Origin: Armatimonadota bacterium | GTDB taxonomy: Bacteria; Sysuimicrobiota; Sysuimicrobiia; Sysuimicrobiales; Kaftiobacteriaceae | Direction of reading: 5' to 3' | Assembly: GCA_037440005.1 (NCBI GenBank) | Contig: JBBIUY010000048.1 | Location: 1 to 16,136 of the forward strand | DNA: 16,136 bases | Part shown: in pieces, positions 1-7,213 of the stretch | Numbering within the stretch: position 1 is the first letter of the stretch | How the letters are laid out: each line of letters starts with the position of its first letter | The notes under the pieces: generated by a model | What the model saw: the letters and a program-made list of their open reading frames with translations, nothing else | The model's database searches: none | What the model was told of the DNA's origin: nothing | Translations under genes and position numbers: made by a program

Positions 1-114
1 CGAGGCCACCACAAAGCCATCGGGGCGGTGGCCCGGCACCTGGCGGAGGCCACGTACTGGGTGCTGACCAAGCGGGAGCCCTACCGCGAGCCGGACCCGT
101 CGACGGGAGCGTGA
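1..114 (+). CDS. IS110-family transposase/recombinase, C-terminal end (partial, runs off the window)
   Basis: Frame 1 reads [41 protein letters not shown]. This matches the typical IS110 C-terminal pattern K-A-I-x-A-V-A-R-[HK]-L...Y-x-[VM]-L...E-P-Y. Not in the ORF track. Confidence 0.85.
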   Translation, partial: RGHHKAIGAVARHLAEATYWVLTKREPYREPDPSTGA

Positions 115-250
115 GCGCGATTGGGGTGTGAGCCGCTGCAGGCTCGTGGGTCTGAGTGCGACACGCTCCCGGGACATCTTCATGCTCCGCCGAGGGCGAA
201 GAGATGACTCCGACGAGAACGGCTCAAGATCCCGGGTACCGGTCACCGGG
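104..250 (+). ncRNA. Putative bridge RNA/seekRNA (target-binding and donor-binding loops)
   Basis: Perfect 10-bp stem CGGGAGCGTG (104-113)/CACGCTCCCG (162-171) encloses an inner hairpin GAGCC (130-134)/GGCTC (141-145), leaving two ~9-nt internal-loop strands. A second, similar unit lies at about 171-212, with inner hairpin GCTC (184-187)/GGGC (194-197). Boundaries are approximate. Confidence 0.65.
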
Positions 251-254
251 GGGG

Positions 255-260
255 TTGACA
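255..260 (+). promoter_or_regulatory. Outward-facing -35 box (TTGACA) at the IS right end
   Basis: Perfect TTGACA in GC-rich DNA near the element end. IS110/IS1111 elements form a junction promoter on circularisation using such a box. Confidence 0.55.
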
Positions 261-598
261 GGCGCCGCGCTTGCAGAGATTGACCCCAATTTCCGCGGAC
301 GCCCGCGGTCGAAAGCCTCGCGGATCTCGACGAAGGCCCGCGCCGGGCGTGGCTGTCCTGGCCGATCAGCCTTGTGGGTCCCGTCCGTCATGACGTTCAC
401 GACAGCCTTTCTACGCCTTCCGCATCGGTACCCTGCTCCCGCGGCCCCCCTGGCCGGCGGGCGTCCGACAGGAGCCGCCGGGGCGTGCGGGAAATTGTCC
501 TCCGTCATGCGGATTCGCGCACATTGGCCTGGGGCAGGGGCTGAGGGGTACCTCCGGAGCCCGTGCGGCCGGGTTCTCTGTCCGCCCTGGCGAGCGCT

Positions 599-1684
599 AT
601 GGTGGAAACTCTGACGCTTGTCGCTGCCGTCTTCTTCGCCATGAATATCGGGGCCAGCGGGACGGCGGCCTCGATGGGGGCGGCCTACGGCGGCGGCGCC
701 GTCTCGCGGCGGGCGGCGGTGTGGCTGGTGGCCCTCGCCGTCTTCGCCGGCGCCTTCGGAGGGGGGCGTGTTGCGGCGACGCTGGGGGCGGGGATCGTCC
801 CCCCGGGCCTGCTCACGGCCACCGAGGGCCTGGTTGTCCTGATCGCTGCCAGCGTTACGCTCTTCGCGGCCAACCTGCTGAGCATCCCCCTGTCCACCAG
901 CGAGGTCACCGTTGGGGCCATCGTCGGCATCGGGATCGCCGCCGGCGCCGTGCACTGGCCCCGGGTGGCCGTCATCGTCGTCAGCTGGGCGGCGGTTCCC
1001 GTGCTGGCGTTTGTCATGGCCTTCGTCCTGGGAAAGGTCGTGCAGGCGCCGGTGGAAAGGCGTCTGCCGCAAGAGGGGGTGCCGCCGCGGCTCCGGGCCG
1101 TGCTGGCCGGATTCCTGGTCCTGACGGGGTTCTACGAAGCCGTGTCGGCGGGGATGAACAACGTGGCCAATGCCGTGGGGCCGCTGGTGAGCGCGGGTCT
1201 TCTTGACGCCCGCCGCGGTCTGCCGCTGGGCGGCCTGTGCGTGGCCGCGGGGGCGGTGGTCCTGGGGGCCCGGGTGCTGGAGACCAACGCCAGGCGGATC
1301 ACCGCCCTCACGCCCGTGGCAGGGTGCTGTGTATCGTTCACCAGCGGGACTCTGGTCATCGTCGCCTCGCTGCTGGGACTGCCGGTCCCGCTCACCCAGG
1401 CGACCACCTGCGCCGTCGTCGGCGTGGGCTATGCCCGTGGGGGGCGGCGGAGCCTCATCGCCCCCACGGTGCGGCGGATCGCGCAGGTCTGGATTCTGTC
1501 GCCGACGGTGTCTCTGGTATTGACCTACAGCGCCGCCGTGGCGTTCCTGGACGGCTACGCGGGCTCGGCGGGTCGGACCCTCGGGGTCCTCGGGCTGCTG
1601 GGACTGTCCGTCGCGGCAGCGGTGTATGCGGGTCGCAAGAGGTTCCGACGTCCTGAGGTCGGCCGGATGCCGTACCTTCCGTGA
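599..1684 (+). CDS. cysP: PiT-family inorganic anion transporter, CysP-type sulfate permease
   Basis: FFAMNIGASGTAASMGAAYGGGA, ANLLSIPLSTSEVTVGAIVG, SAGMNNVANAVGPLV and GLPVPLTQ closely resemble B. subtilis CysP as recalled. ATG 599 is preferred over the track's GTG 563. Genomic context includes sat and cysC. Confidence 0.88.
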   Translation: MVETLTLVAAVFFAMNIGASGTAASMGAAYGGGAVSRRAAVWLVALAVFAGAFGGGRVAATLGAGIVPPGLLTATEGLVVLIAASVTLFAANLLSIPLSTSEVTVGAIVGIGIAAGAVHWPRVAVIVVSWAAVPVLAFVMAFVLGKVVQAPVERRLPQEGVPPRLRAVLAGFLVLTGFYEAVSAGMNNVANAVGPLVSAGLLDARRGLPLGGLCVAAGAVVLGARVLETNARRITALTPVAGCCVSFTSGTLVIVASLLGLPVPLTQATTCAVVGVGYARGGRRSLIAPTVRRIAQVWILSPTVSLVLTYSAAVAFLDGYAGSAGRTLGVLGLLGLSVAAAVYAGRKRFRRPEVGRMPYLP

Positions 1685-3312
1685 CCCCTGAGAGGTTGAG
1701 CAGTTTGTCACCGACAGCACGGGTCAGACAGCTTCTGGTCGCGCACCAGGCGGACCCCCACGGCGGTGGACCGCCAGGTGGAACTCCTGTGCCCGGACGC
1801 GTTGCGGTCGTCGCGCGAGGGACGGCGGTGTCCATGGTCGGCGTTGCCGGCGCGGCGGTGCTGCGCTACGCATCGGCCGTCCTGGCGGCTCGAGTTCTCG
1901 GCCCCGCGCAGTACGGGCTGTACACTCTCGGCCTGGCGACGACGACCCTCGCCGGGACGGTAGCCCTTGCCGCCCTGGACCGGGGTCTGCTTCGGTATGT
2001 CGCCGTTTACCGGACCACAGGGCGTCCGGAACACGAACGGGCGGCTGTAGCGGGGGCGGTGATCCTTGCACTCGTCTTCACGGTGCTCGTGGCCCTGGCA
2101 GTCGCCCTGGGCGCCGACCACGTGGCCGGGTGGTTCCTACGTGGGCGTCCCGCACTGGCGCCGGTGCTCCGGGTATTTGCGGCCACGATCCCCGCCCTTG
2201 GCCTTGTGACGCTGCTCACGGCCGTGACCGATGCGCGGACGGACATGCGGGTCCGGGTGATCATCGACGACCTGTTCCGGAACGGCCTGTTTCTGGCCGT
2301 CGTGGTCGTCGCAGCCGTCCGGGCGCGCCTGTCCGCGGCGGACCTGGCCGCCGTCACCTTTGGAACCGCCGTGATCGCGGCCGGGGCGGCTCTGTGGGTG
2401 TGTCGCGACTACTTCCGGCGCCCTATTCGCGGTCTGGGGGCCCGTGCGCGGGAGGTCCTCGCCTTCTCCCTCCCCTTCCTGCTGTTCCAGCTCATCACCC
2501 GCACGGACCAGTACGTGGGAGTGTTCCTGTTGGGTCTGATGGGGACGAGCAGGGAGGTCGGCATCTTCGGGGCGGCCACGGTGGTGGCCACCGTGCTGGG
2601 ACTGGGGATCGAGGCGGTCGTCAGGTCGTACGCTCCCATCGTGGTCGGCGCTCTTGCCCGGGGGGGTGCCCGGGAGTGCGAACTCCTCCTGCGGCATGCA
2701 ACTCGATGGTCCATCATATGGGCGGCCCCGTTCGCGGCGGCGTTCTTGACCTACGGAGACACCCTTCTGGGCGTGTTGGGCAGAGGCTACCGGGCGGGAA
2801 GCGTCGCGCTGACCATCCTCACCCTGGGAATGTGCGTGCACGCCGGAACCGGCCCCGTCGGGATGGTGCTGAACATGGCCGGCAAGGGGTGGATCAACGT
2901 TGTCAACGGGCTGGCCGCACTGGGAGTTCGGATCGCCCTGGGCCTGTGGCTGATTCCGCGCTGGGGCGTGGTGGGCGCGGCCGTGGCCAGCTCGGTCGCT
3001 CTGGGAGGCGTGAACCTGGCCCGGCTCGCTCAGGTGCGGGTCGGCCTCGGCATCTGGGGGTTCGACCGGGCCTGCCTGCGTCCCGCGGTGGTGGCGGCGG
3101 CCGCGGCCGGCCTGGCCTGGCTGCTGACGTCCTGGTGGAACCCTGCCCACGGCACCATCCGCGGGATCACGGGGAGCGCCGCGCTGCTGGGGCTGTACGG
3201 CGCAGGGCTGTGGCTGTACGGGCTTGATCGCAGCGACCGGGCGGTCCTCTCGGCGGGGCTGCGCCGGCTGCGGCGGTGGATCGGCGCCGCCGCGTCCCTG
3301 CGGGCCGGATGA
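1681..3312 (+). CDS. Wzx/MOP-superfamily polysaccharide flippase
   Basis: Many TM segments, ARVLGPAQYGLY, TDQYVGVFLLG...EVGIFGAA and the C-terminal LIPRWGVVGAAVAS pattern. GTGA overlap with the cysP stop; the true start may be later. Confidence 0.88.
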   Translation: MTPERLSSLSPTARVRQLLVAHQADPHGGGPPGGTPVPGRVAVVARGTAVSMVGVAGAAVLRYASAVLAARVLGPAQYGLYTLGLATTTLAGTVALAALDRGLLRYVAVYRTTGRPEHERAAVAGAVILALVFTVLVALAVALGADHVAGWFLRGRPALAPVLRVFAATIPALGLVTLLTAVTDARTDMRVRVIIDDLFRNGLFLAVVVVAAVRARLSAADLAAVTFGTAVIAAGAALWVCRDYFRRPIRGLGARAREVLAFSLPFLLFQLITRTDQYVGVFLLGLMGTSREVGIFGAATVVATVLGLGIEAVVRSYAPIVVGALARGGARECELLLRHATRWSIIWAAPFAAAFLTYGDTLLGVLGRGYRAGSVALTILTLGMCVHAGTGPVGMVLNMAGKGWINVVNGLAALGVRIALGLWLIPRWGVVGAAVASSVALGGVNLARLAQVRVGLGIWGFDRACLRPAVVAAAAAGLAWLLTSWWNPAHGTIRGITGSAALLGLYGAGLWLYGLDRSDRAVLSAGLRRLRRWIGAAASLRAG

Positions 3313-3342
3313 CGCGGGCCGGGACGGGAAGGAGTCATCAGG

Positions 3343-4944
3343 ATGCCCAGGGTGCTGATCCTCGGACTTGACGGAGCGACGTGGACGGTGCTCGACCCCC
3401 TGATCCGCGCGGGGGTGATGCCCAACCTGGCTGCCCTGGTCCAGCGGGGTTGCCATGGGGTCCTGCAGTCCACCGAGCCCCCCGTGACGCCGGTGGCCTG
3501 GACGTCCATTCAGACCGGGGTGTTGCCCGAGCGGCACGGCGTGTACGGATTCTACAACCTTGTCGAAGGCCCGGAGGGGATGGAGTTCGTGCCCACGACG
3601 TCGGCGACGATCCGGGTCAAGACCCTCTGGGAGTATGCGGGAGAGCAGGGTGCCCGGGTGGCGGTACTCGCATGCCCGATGACGTACCCTCCGTTCCCGG
3701 TGAACGGCATCCTGCTTCCGGGCTTTCCCGCGCCCTCCTCGCGGGCGGTCGCCACGTATCCCGAGGACCTGAAGGAGGAGATCGCCCGACTGGAGACCGC
3801 GTGGGTCGTGCCGGCGTCGCGCACGGAGATCCTCCCCCGGGTGAGTTTTGGCTCCGCGGGCGAGCTGGCAGCCGCGCTGCAAAAGGTCGCCGACGCCGTC
3901 GGCGGCCGCGTCCGCCTGGCGGAACACCTCCTGCGGACCCACCCCTGGGACCTGGCTTTCTTCCAGTTCCAGGAGGTGGACTGGATTCAGCACGCCTTCT
4001 GGCCGGACCTGGAGCGGTGGGACCCAGACCACCCTCGCGGCCGGGCACTGGCATCTTTCTACCGCGCTGTGGACGCGGGGATCGGAGACCTGGCAGCGCT
4101 TTTGGACGCCGGAGGGTGCGTGCTGGTGATCTCCGACCACGGCTTTCAGGCCTGCCGGCGGGAGGTTTACCCCAACCGCTGGCTGGCGCGGCGGGGGTTG
4201 CTGCGACAGCGGCGGAGCCTGGGGCAGTCGGTTCTGACAGCTCTCTCCCGCGCCCGCCGCGCCCTCGACCCCCAGCGAAAGCTGGTCAACCGCATCCCGC
4301 GGGAGCGGCGTGCGCGGCTGGCCACCCGGTTCCACCGCGCCCGGCTGGACTGGCGTCAGTCCCGGGCCTACGCCCTGTCGGACGGGTCGTCGCCGACCGT
4401 GGGTCTGTACGCGCTCAACGGACGCGATCCTGCGGAAGCCGCCGCCTCCCTGCAGAACCTCGTCGATCCCGAGACCGCAGAGCCCGCAGTGGCCGAGTGC
4501 CTGCCGCTGCAGGCTGAACGTCAGAAGGGAGGTCCGGCCCTGTGGATCCGGTTCCGGCCGGGTTACGCGGCCATGAGCGCCCACGAGCCGGGTCCCCTGT
4601 TCCGCCCCCGCGTTCCGGGCCGGGACTACCAGCTGGGGATCCACCACCGCGACGGCATCCTCGTGGCCGCCGGGCCCGGAGTGCGCGTGCGGGGGAAGGT
4701 GGCCTCACACCCGCAGGTCGTAGACGTGGCTCCCACAGCCCTGTACATGCTGGGCCTCCCGGTGCCCGGCTCCATGGACGGCGACGTGGTGGTGGAGGCG
4801 TTTGACGGAGGCTATCTTGAGCGCCGGCCTCCGCGCCGCGTCGAGGACCCGGGCGGAGGGGGCACCCGGCCTTCCGGTGCCCTCAGCGCGGAGGAGGAGG
4901 CGCAGATTTCCCGGCGCCTGCGGGAACTCGGTTACCTGGACTGA
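3343..4944 (+). CDS. Alkaline-phosphatase-superfamily, NPP/type I phosphodiesterase-like protein (paralogue 1)
   Basis: ILGLDGA, STEPPVTPVAWTSIQTG (Thr nucleophile region), DWIQH, ISDHGF and GIHHRDG. No signal peptide. RBS GGAAGGAG upstream. Ends in EEEAQISRRLRELGYLD. Confidence 0.9.
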   Translation: MPRVLILGLDGATWTVLDPLIRAGVMPNLAALVQRGCHGVLQSTEPPVTPVAWTSIQTGVLPERHGVYGFYNLVEGPEGMEFVPTTSATIRVKTLWEYAGEQGARVAVLACPMTYPPFPVNGILLPGFPAPSSRAVATYPEDLKEEIARLETAWVVPASRTEILPRVSFGSAGELAAALQKVADAVGGRVRLAEHLLRTHPWDLAFFQFQEVDWIQHAFWPDLERWDPDHPRGRALASFYRAVDAGIGDLAALLDAGGCVLVISDHGFQACRREVYPNRWLARRGLLRQRRSLGQSVLTALSRARRALDPQRKLVNRIPRERRARLATRFHRARLDWRQSRAYALSDGSSPTVGLYALNGRDPAEAAASLQNLVDPETAEPAVAECLPLQAERQKGGPALWIRFRPGYAAMSAHEPGPLFRPRVPGRDYQLGIHHRDGILVAAGPGVRVRGKVASHPQVVDVAPTALYMLGLPVPGSMDGDVVVEAFDGGYLERRPPRRVEDPGGGGTRPSGALSAEEEAQISRRLRELGYLD

Positions 4945-4956
4945 ACGCGGTCGGCC

Positions 4957-6078
4957 ATGGGACCGCAGGTGGCGATGTTCATCCCCTCGCTGCGGCACGG
5001 GGGGGCCGAGGTCGCCACGGTGAACCTCGTCCGCGGGCTGCACGACGCCGGCGTGCCGGTGCAGGTGGTCTGCGCCCGAACAGGGGGCCAGCTGTCCGGT
5101 CGGATTCCCGCCGGTGTGCCGCTGACCGACCTGGGCGCGGGGAGGGTCCTCCGCGCCATCCGGCCCCTGGCCCTGTGGTTGAAGGAGCACCGCCCCACCG
5201 TCCTGATCGCCGGCATGGTGGACGCCTGCCTGGCGGCGGCGGTCGCGGTGCGGCTGGGGTGGCGGCCCGACCGGGTCGTGTTTGTCGAGCACATAGACCC
5301 GCGGGCGCGGGCCGCCGCCTTCCGCTCGCTGAGGGAACGCATGCTCCCCCTCGCTCGCAGCCTCGCCTACCGCCAGGCCGACGCCGTCGTCGCCGTGAGC
5401 GAAGGTGCGGCCCGGAGCCTGCGCCGCCTCCGGGGGCGGGGGCGGAGTCGGGTCGAGGTGATCCCCAACGCCGTGGACGTCGCCGGCATTACCGCCCGGG
5501 CCCGCGCCGGTGAGGCCCCGCCCGGACGGTACCTCGTGTCCGTGGGGAGGCTGGTGCCCCAGAAGGGTCACCTGGACCTTCTGCGGGCCTTCGCCGACGT
5601 GGCCCGGCGCCATGACGTGCACCTGTGGATCCTGGGCGATGGCCCGCAGCGGCGGACGCTTGTGGACTTCGCCCGGAGCGTCGGGCTTGCGGACCGGGTG
5701 CACCTGCCCGGTTACCGGCCCAACCCCTACCCGGTTATGGTCGGGGCGCAGGCTCTCGTTTCGGCATCACGTTACGAAGGACTCCCGCTGGTCCTCATCG
5801 AGGCGCTGGCGTGCGGCGTGCCCGTGGTGGCCACCGACTGTCCTTCGGGCCCGCGGGACATTCTCGACGGCGGACGCTACGGACTGCTGGTGCCTGTCGG
5901 CATGCCCGGCCATCTGGCCGGGGCCATCGACCGGGTGCTGTCGGACCGGGCTCTCGCCGCCGATCTGTCGGCCCGGGGGCCGGCCCGTGCGGAGGAGTAC
6001 TCCATTCCCAGGGTGACCGACCGCTACCTGCGGCTGTTCCGGGACCTGGGGGTAGACCTGGTGCCGGCCGCCGGCTGA
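4957..6078 (+). CDS. GT4 (GT-B) glycosyltransferase
   Basis: PSLRHGGAE, VIPNAVD, VGRLVPQKG and SRYEGLPLVLIEALACGVPVVATDCPSGP (EX7E motif). Confidence 0.93.
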   Translation: MGPQVAMFIPSLRHGGAEVATVNLVRGLHDAGVPVQVVCARTGGQLSGRIPAGVPLTDLGAGRVLRAIRPLALWLKEHRPTVLIAGMVDACLAAAVAVRLGWRPDRVVFVEHIDPRARAAAFRSLRERMLPLARSLAYRQADAVVAVSEGAARSLRRLRGRGRSRVEVIPNAVDVAGITARARAGEAPPGRYLVSVGRLVPQKGHLDLLRAFADVARRHDVHLWILGDGPQRRTLVDFARSVGLADRVHLPGYRPNPYPVMVGAQALVSASRYEGLPLVLIEALACGVPVVATDCPSGPRDILDGGRYGLLVPVGMPGHLAGAIDRVLSDRALAADLSARGPARAEEYSIPRVTDRYLRLFRDLGVDLVPAAG

Positions 6079-6097
6079 CGGGCCCCTCCAGAGGCGG

Positions 6098-7213
6098 ATG
6101 TCCACCGTCGCCTTCCTCACCACCGAGCTGAAAGTCGGCGGAGCCGAGGTGCTCCTCCACGACTTCTGCGCAGTGTCCGGTGCCGCGGGAGCGGAGTTCA
6201 CCTACGTCCTGTATTCTCTGCGCGGCGGACCTCTGGCGGCCGCGTTCCGGAAGATCGGCGTCTTGGTGGCCGTGCTGGACGCGCGGGTGCCGTTCGATCC
6301 GGCAGCCGCCGGGCGCCTCGCCCGCCGGCTGCGGCTCGACGGAGTGGACCTGCTGCACTGCCACCTGCCCGAGGCGGGCGTCGTCGGGAGGGTCGCCGCC
6401 CGGGTGGCCGGCGTCCCGGTCGTCTACACCGAGCACAGCCTGTGGGACCATCACCACCCGGTGGCCCGAACCCTGAATCGCGCCACCATCGGCTGGAATG
6501 CCCGGGTCATCGCGGTGTCAGAGGCGGTGCGGCGGTGCGTGCTGGCGGGCGCGCGGGTGCCCTCCCACAGGGTCATCACCATTCCGAACGGCATTGACGT
6601 GACGAGACTCGAAGGACAGGCTACCTCCTCCACAGGACTCCGTCGCCCCCTGGGAATTCCCGACGGCGTGCACGTGGTGGGCACCGTGGGGAGCCTGGCG
6701 CCGGTCAAAGGACACCGGTACATGCTGGCGGCGCTGGCTCTGCTGAGGGCCCGGGGGTGGCAGGTTCACGGCGTGATTGTGGGACGGGACCGGGGCGAAC
6801 TGGCGGCCCTGCGCCGTCTCGCCTCCCGCCTGCAGATCGGCAACCACGTGACGTTTGCGGGCGAGAGGGCCGATGCCGTCGGGGTGATGGGGACCTTCGA
6901 CGTCTTCGTCCTGCCGTCTGTGGGCGAGGGGATGCCCGTGACCCTGCTGGAGGCCATGGCCCTGGGCCGGCCGGTGGTGGCGAGCGGGGTGGGAGGGGTC
7001 CCCGAGGTCCTCCGACACGGCCGGGAGGGGCTGGTGGTGCCCCCCGGGAACGCCGGAGCGCTGGCGGACGGGGTGGAGGCGTTGCTGCGGGATCCCGCCA
7101 TGGCGTCCCGGCTTGGGAAGAAGGCGAGGGAACGTGTACTCGCCGAATACACCGTGGACCGCATGGTGGGCCGATACCAGCAGGTCCACCGTCAGGTCCT
7201 GGGGCTGGCGTGA
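6098..7213 (+). CDS. GT4 (GT-B) glycosyltransferase
   Basis: LKVGGAE, VYTEH, IPNGID, VGSLAPVKG and PSVGEGMPVTLLEAMALGRPVVASGVGG (EX7E motif). Confidence 0.93.
   Translation: MSTVAFLTTELKVGGAEVLLHDFCAVSGAAGAEFTYVLYSLRGGPLAAAFRKIGVLVAVLDARVPFDPAAAGRLARRLRLDGVDLLHCHLPEAGVVGRVAARVAGVPVVYTEHSLWDHHHPVARTLNRATIGWNARVIAVSEAVRRCVLAGARVPSHRVITIPNGIDVTRLEGQATSSTGLRRPLGIPDGVHVVGTVGSLAPVKGHRYMLAALALLRARGWQVHGVIVGRDRGELAALRRLASRLQIGNHVTFAGERADAVGVMGTFDVFVLPSVGEGMPVTLLEAMALGRPVVASGVGGVPEVLRHGREGLVVPPGNAGALADGVEALLRDPAMASRLGKKARERVLAEYTVDRMVGRYQQVHRQVLGLA

Larger units (their letters stand above)
1..283 (+). mobile_element. Right part of an IS110-family element with a long 3' non-coding end; right boundary about 280-283
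   Basis: Transposase tail, then about 165 nt of structured non-coding DNA with TTGACA (255-260) about 20 nt before the inferred end. The loop-to-flank matches place the junction at ...AGAGAT|TGACCCCAAT. Confidence 0.7.

Noticed and set aside
255..290. Hybrid IS-derived promoter driving the glycan operon
   Set aside because: The -35 is perfect, but the hexamer 17 bp downstream (GATTGA) is a poor -10.
290..598. SAM/T-box riboswitch or ops/JUMPStart element in the cysP leader; TCCGTCATG at 384-392 and 501-509
   Set aside because: No recognisable consensus or U-tract terminator. A 9-bp repeat and short GC hairpins are too weak to call.
156..614. 152-aa ORF upstream of cysP
   Set aside because: It crosses the IS end and the structured RNA, has low-complexity composition and shows no motifs.
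2137..4647. Long alternative ORFs (836 aa minus; also 224-1720, 8296-9852, 10372-11979, 12895-15519)
   Set aside because: Antisense or shifted shadows of well-supported genes in very GC-rich DNA. They are Arg/Gly/Pro-rich and show no family motifs.
6757..7209. N-terminal 151 aa of the 606-aa track ORF
   Set aside because: It overlaps the GT4 gene in another frame. Protein-like hydrophobic sequence begins only at GTG 7210.
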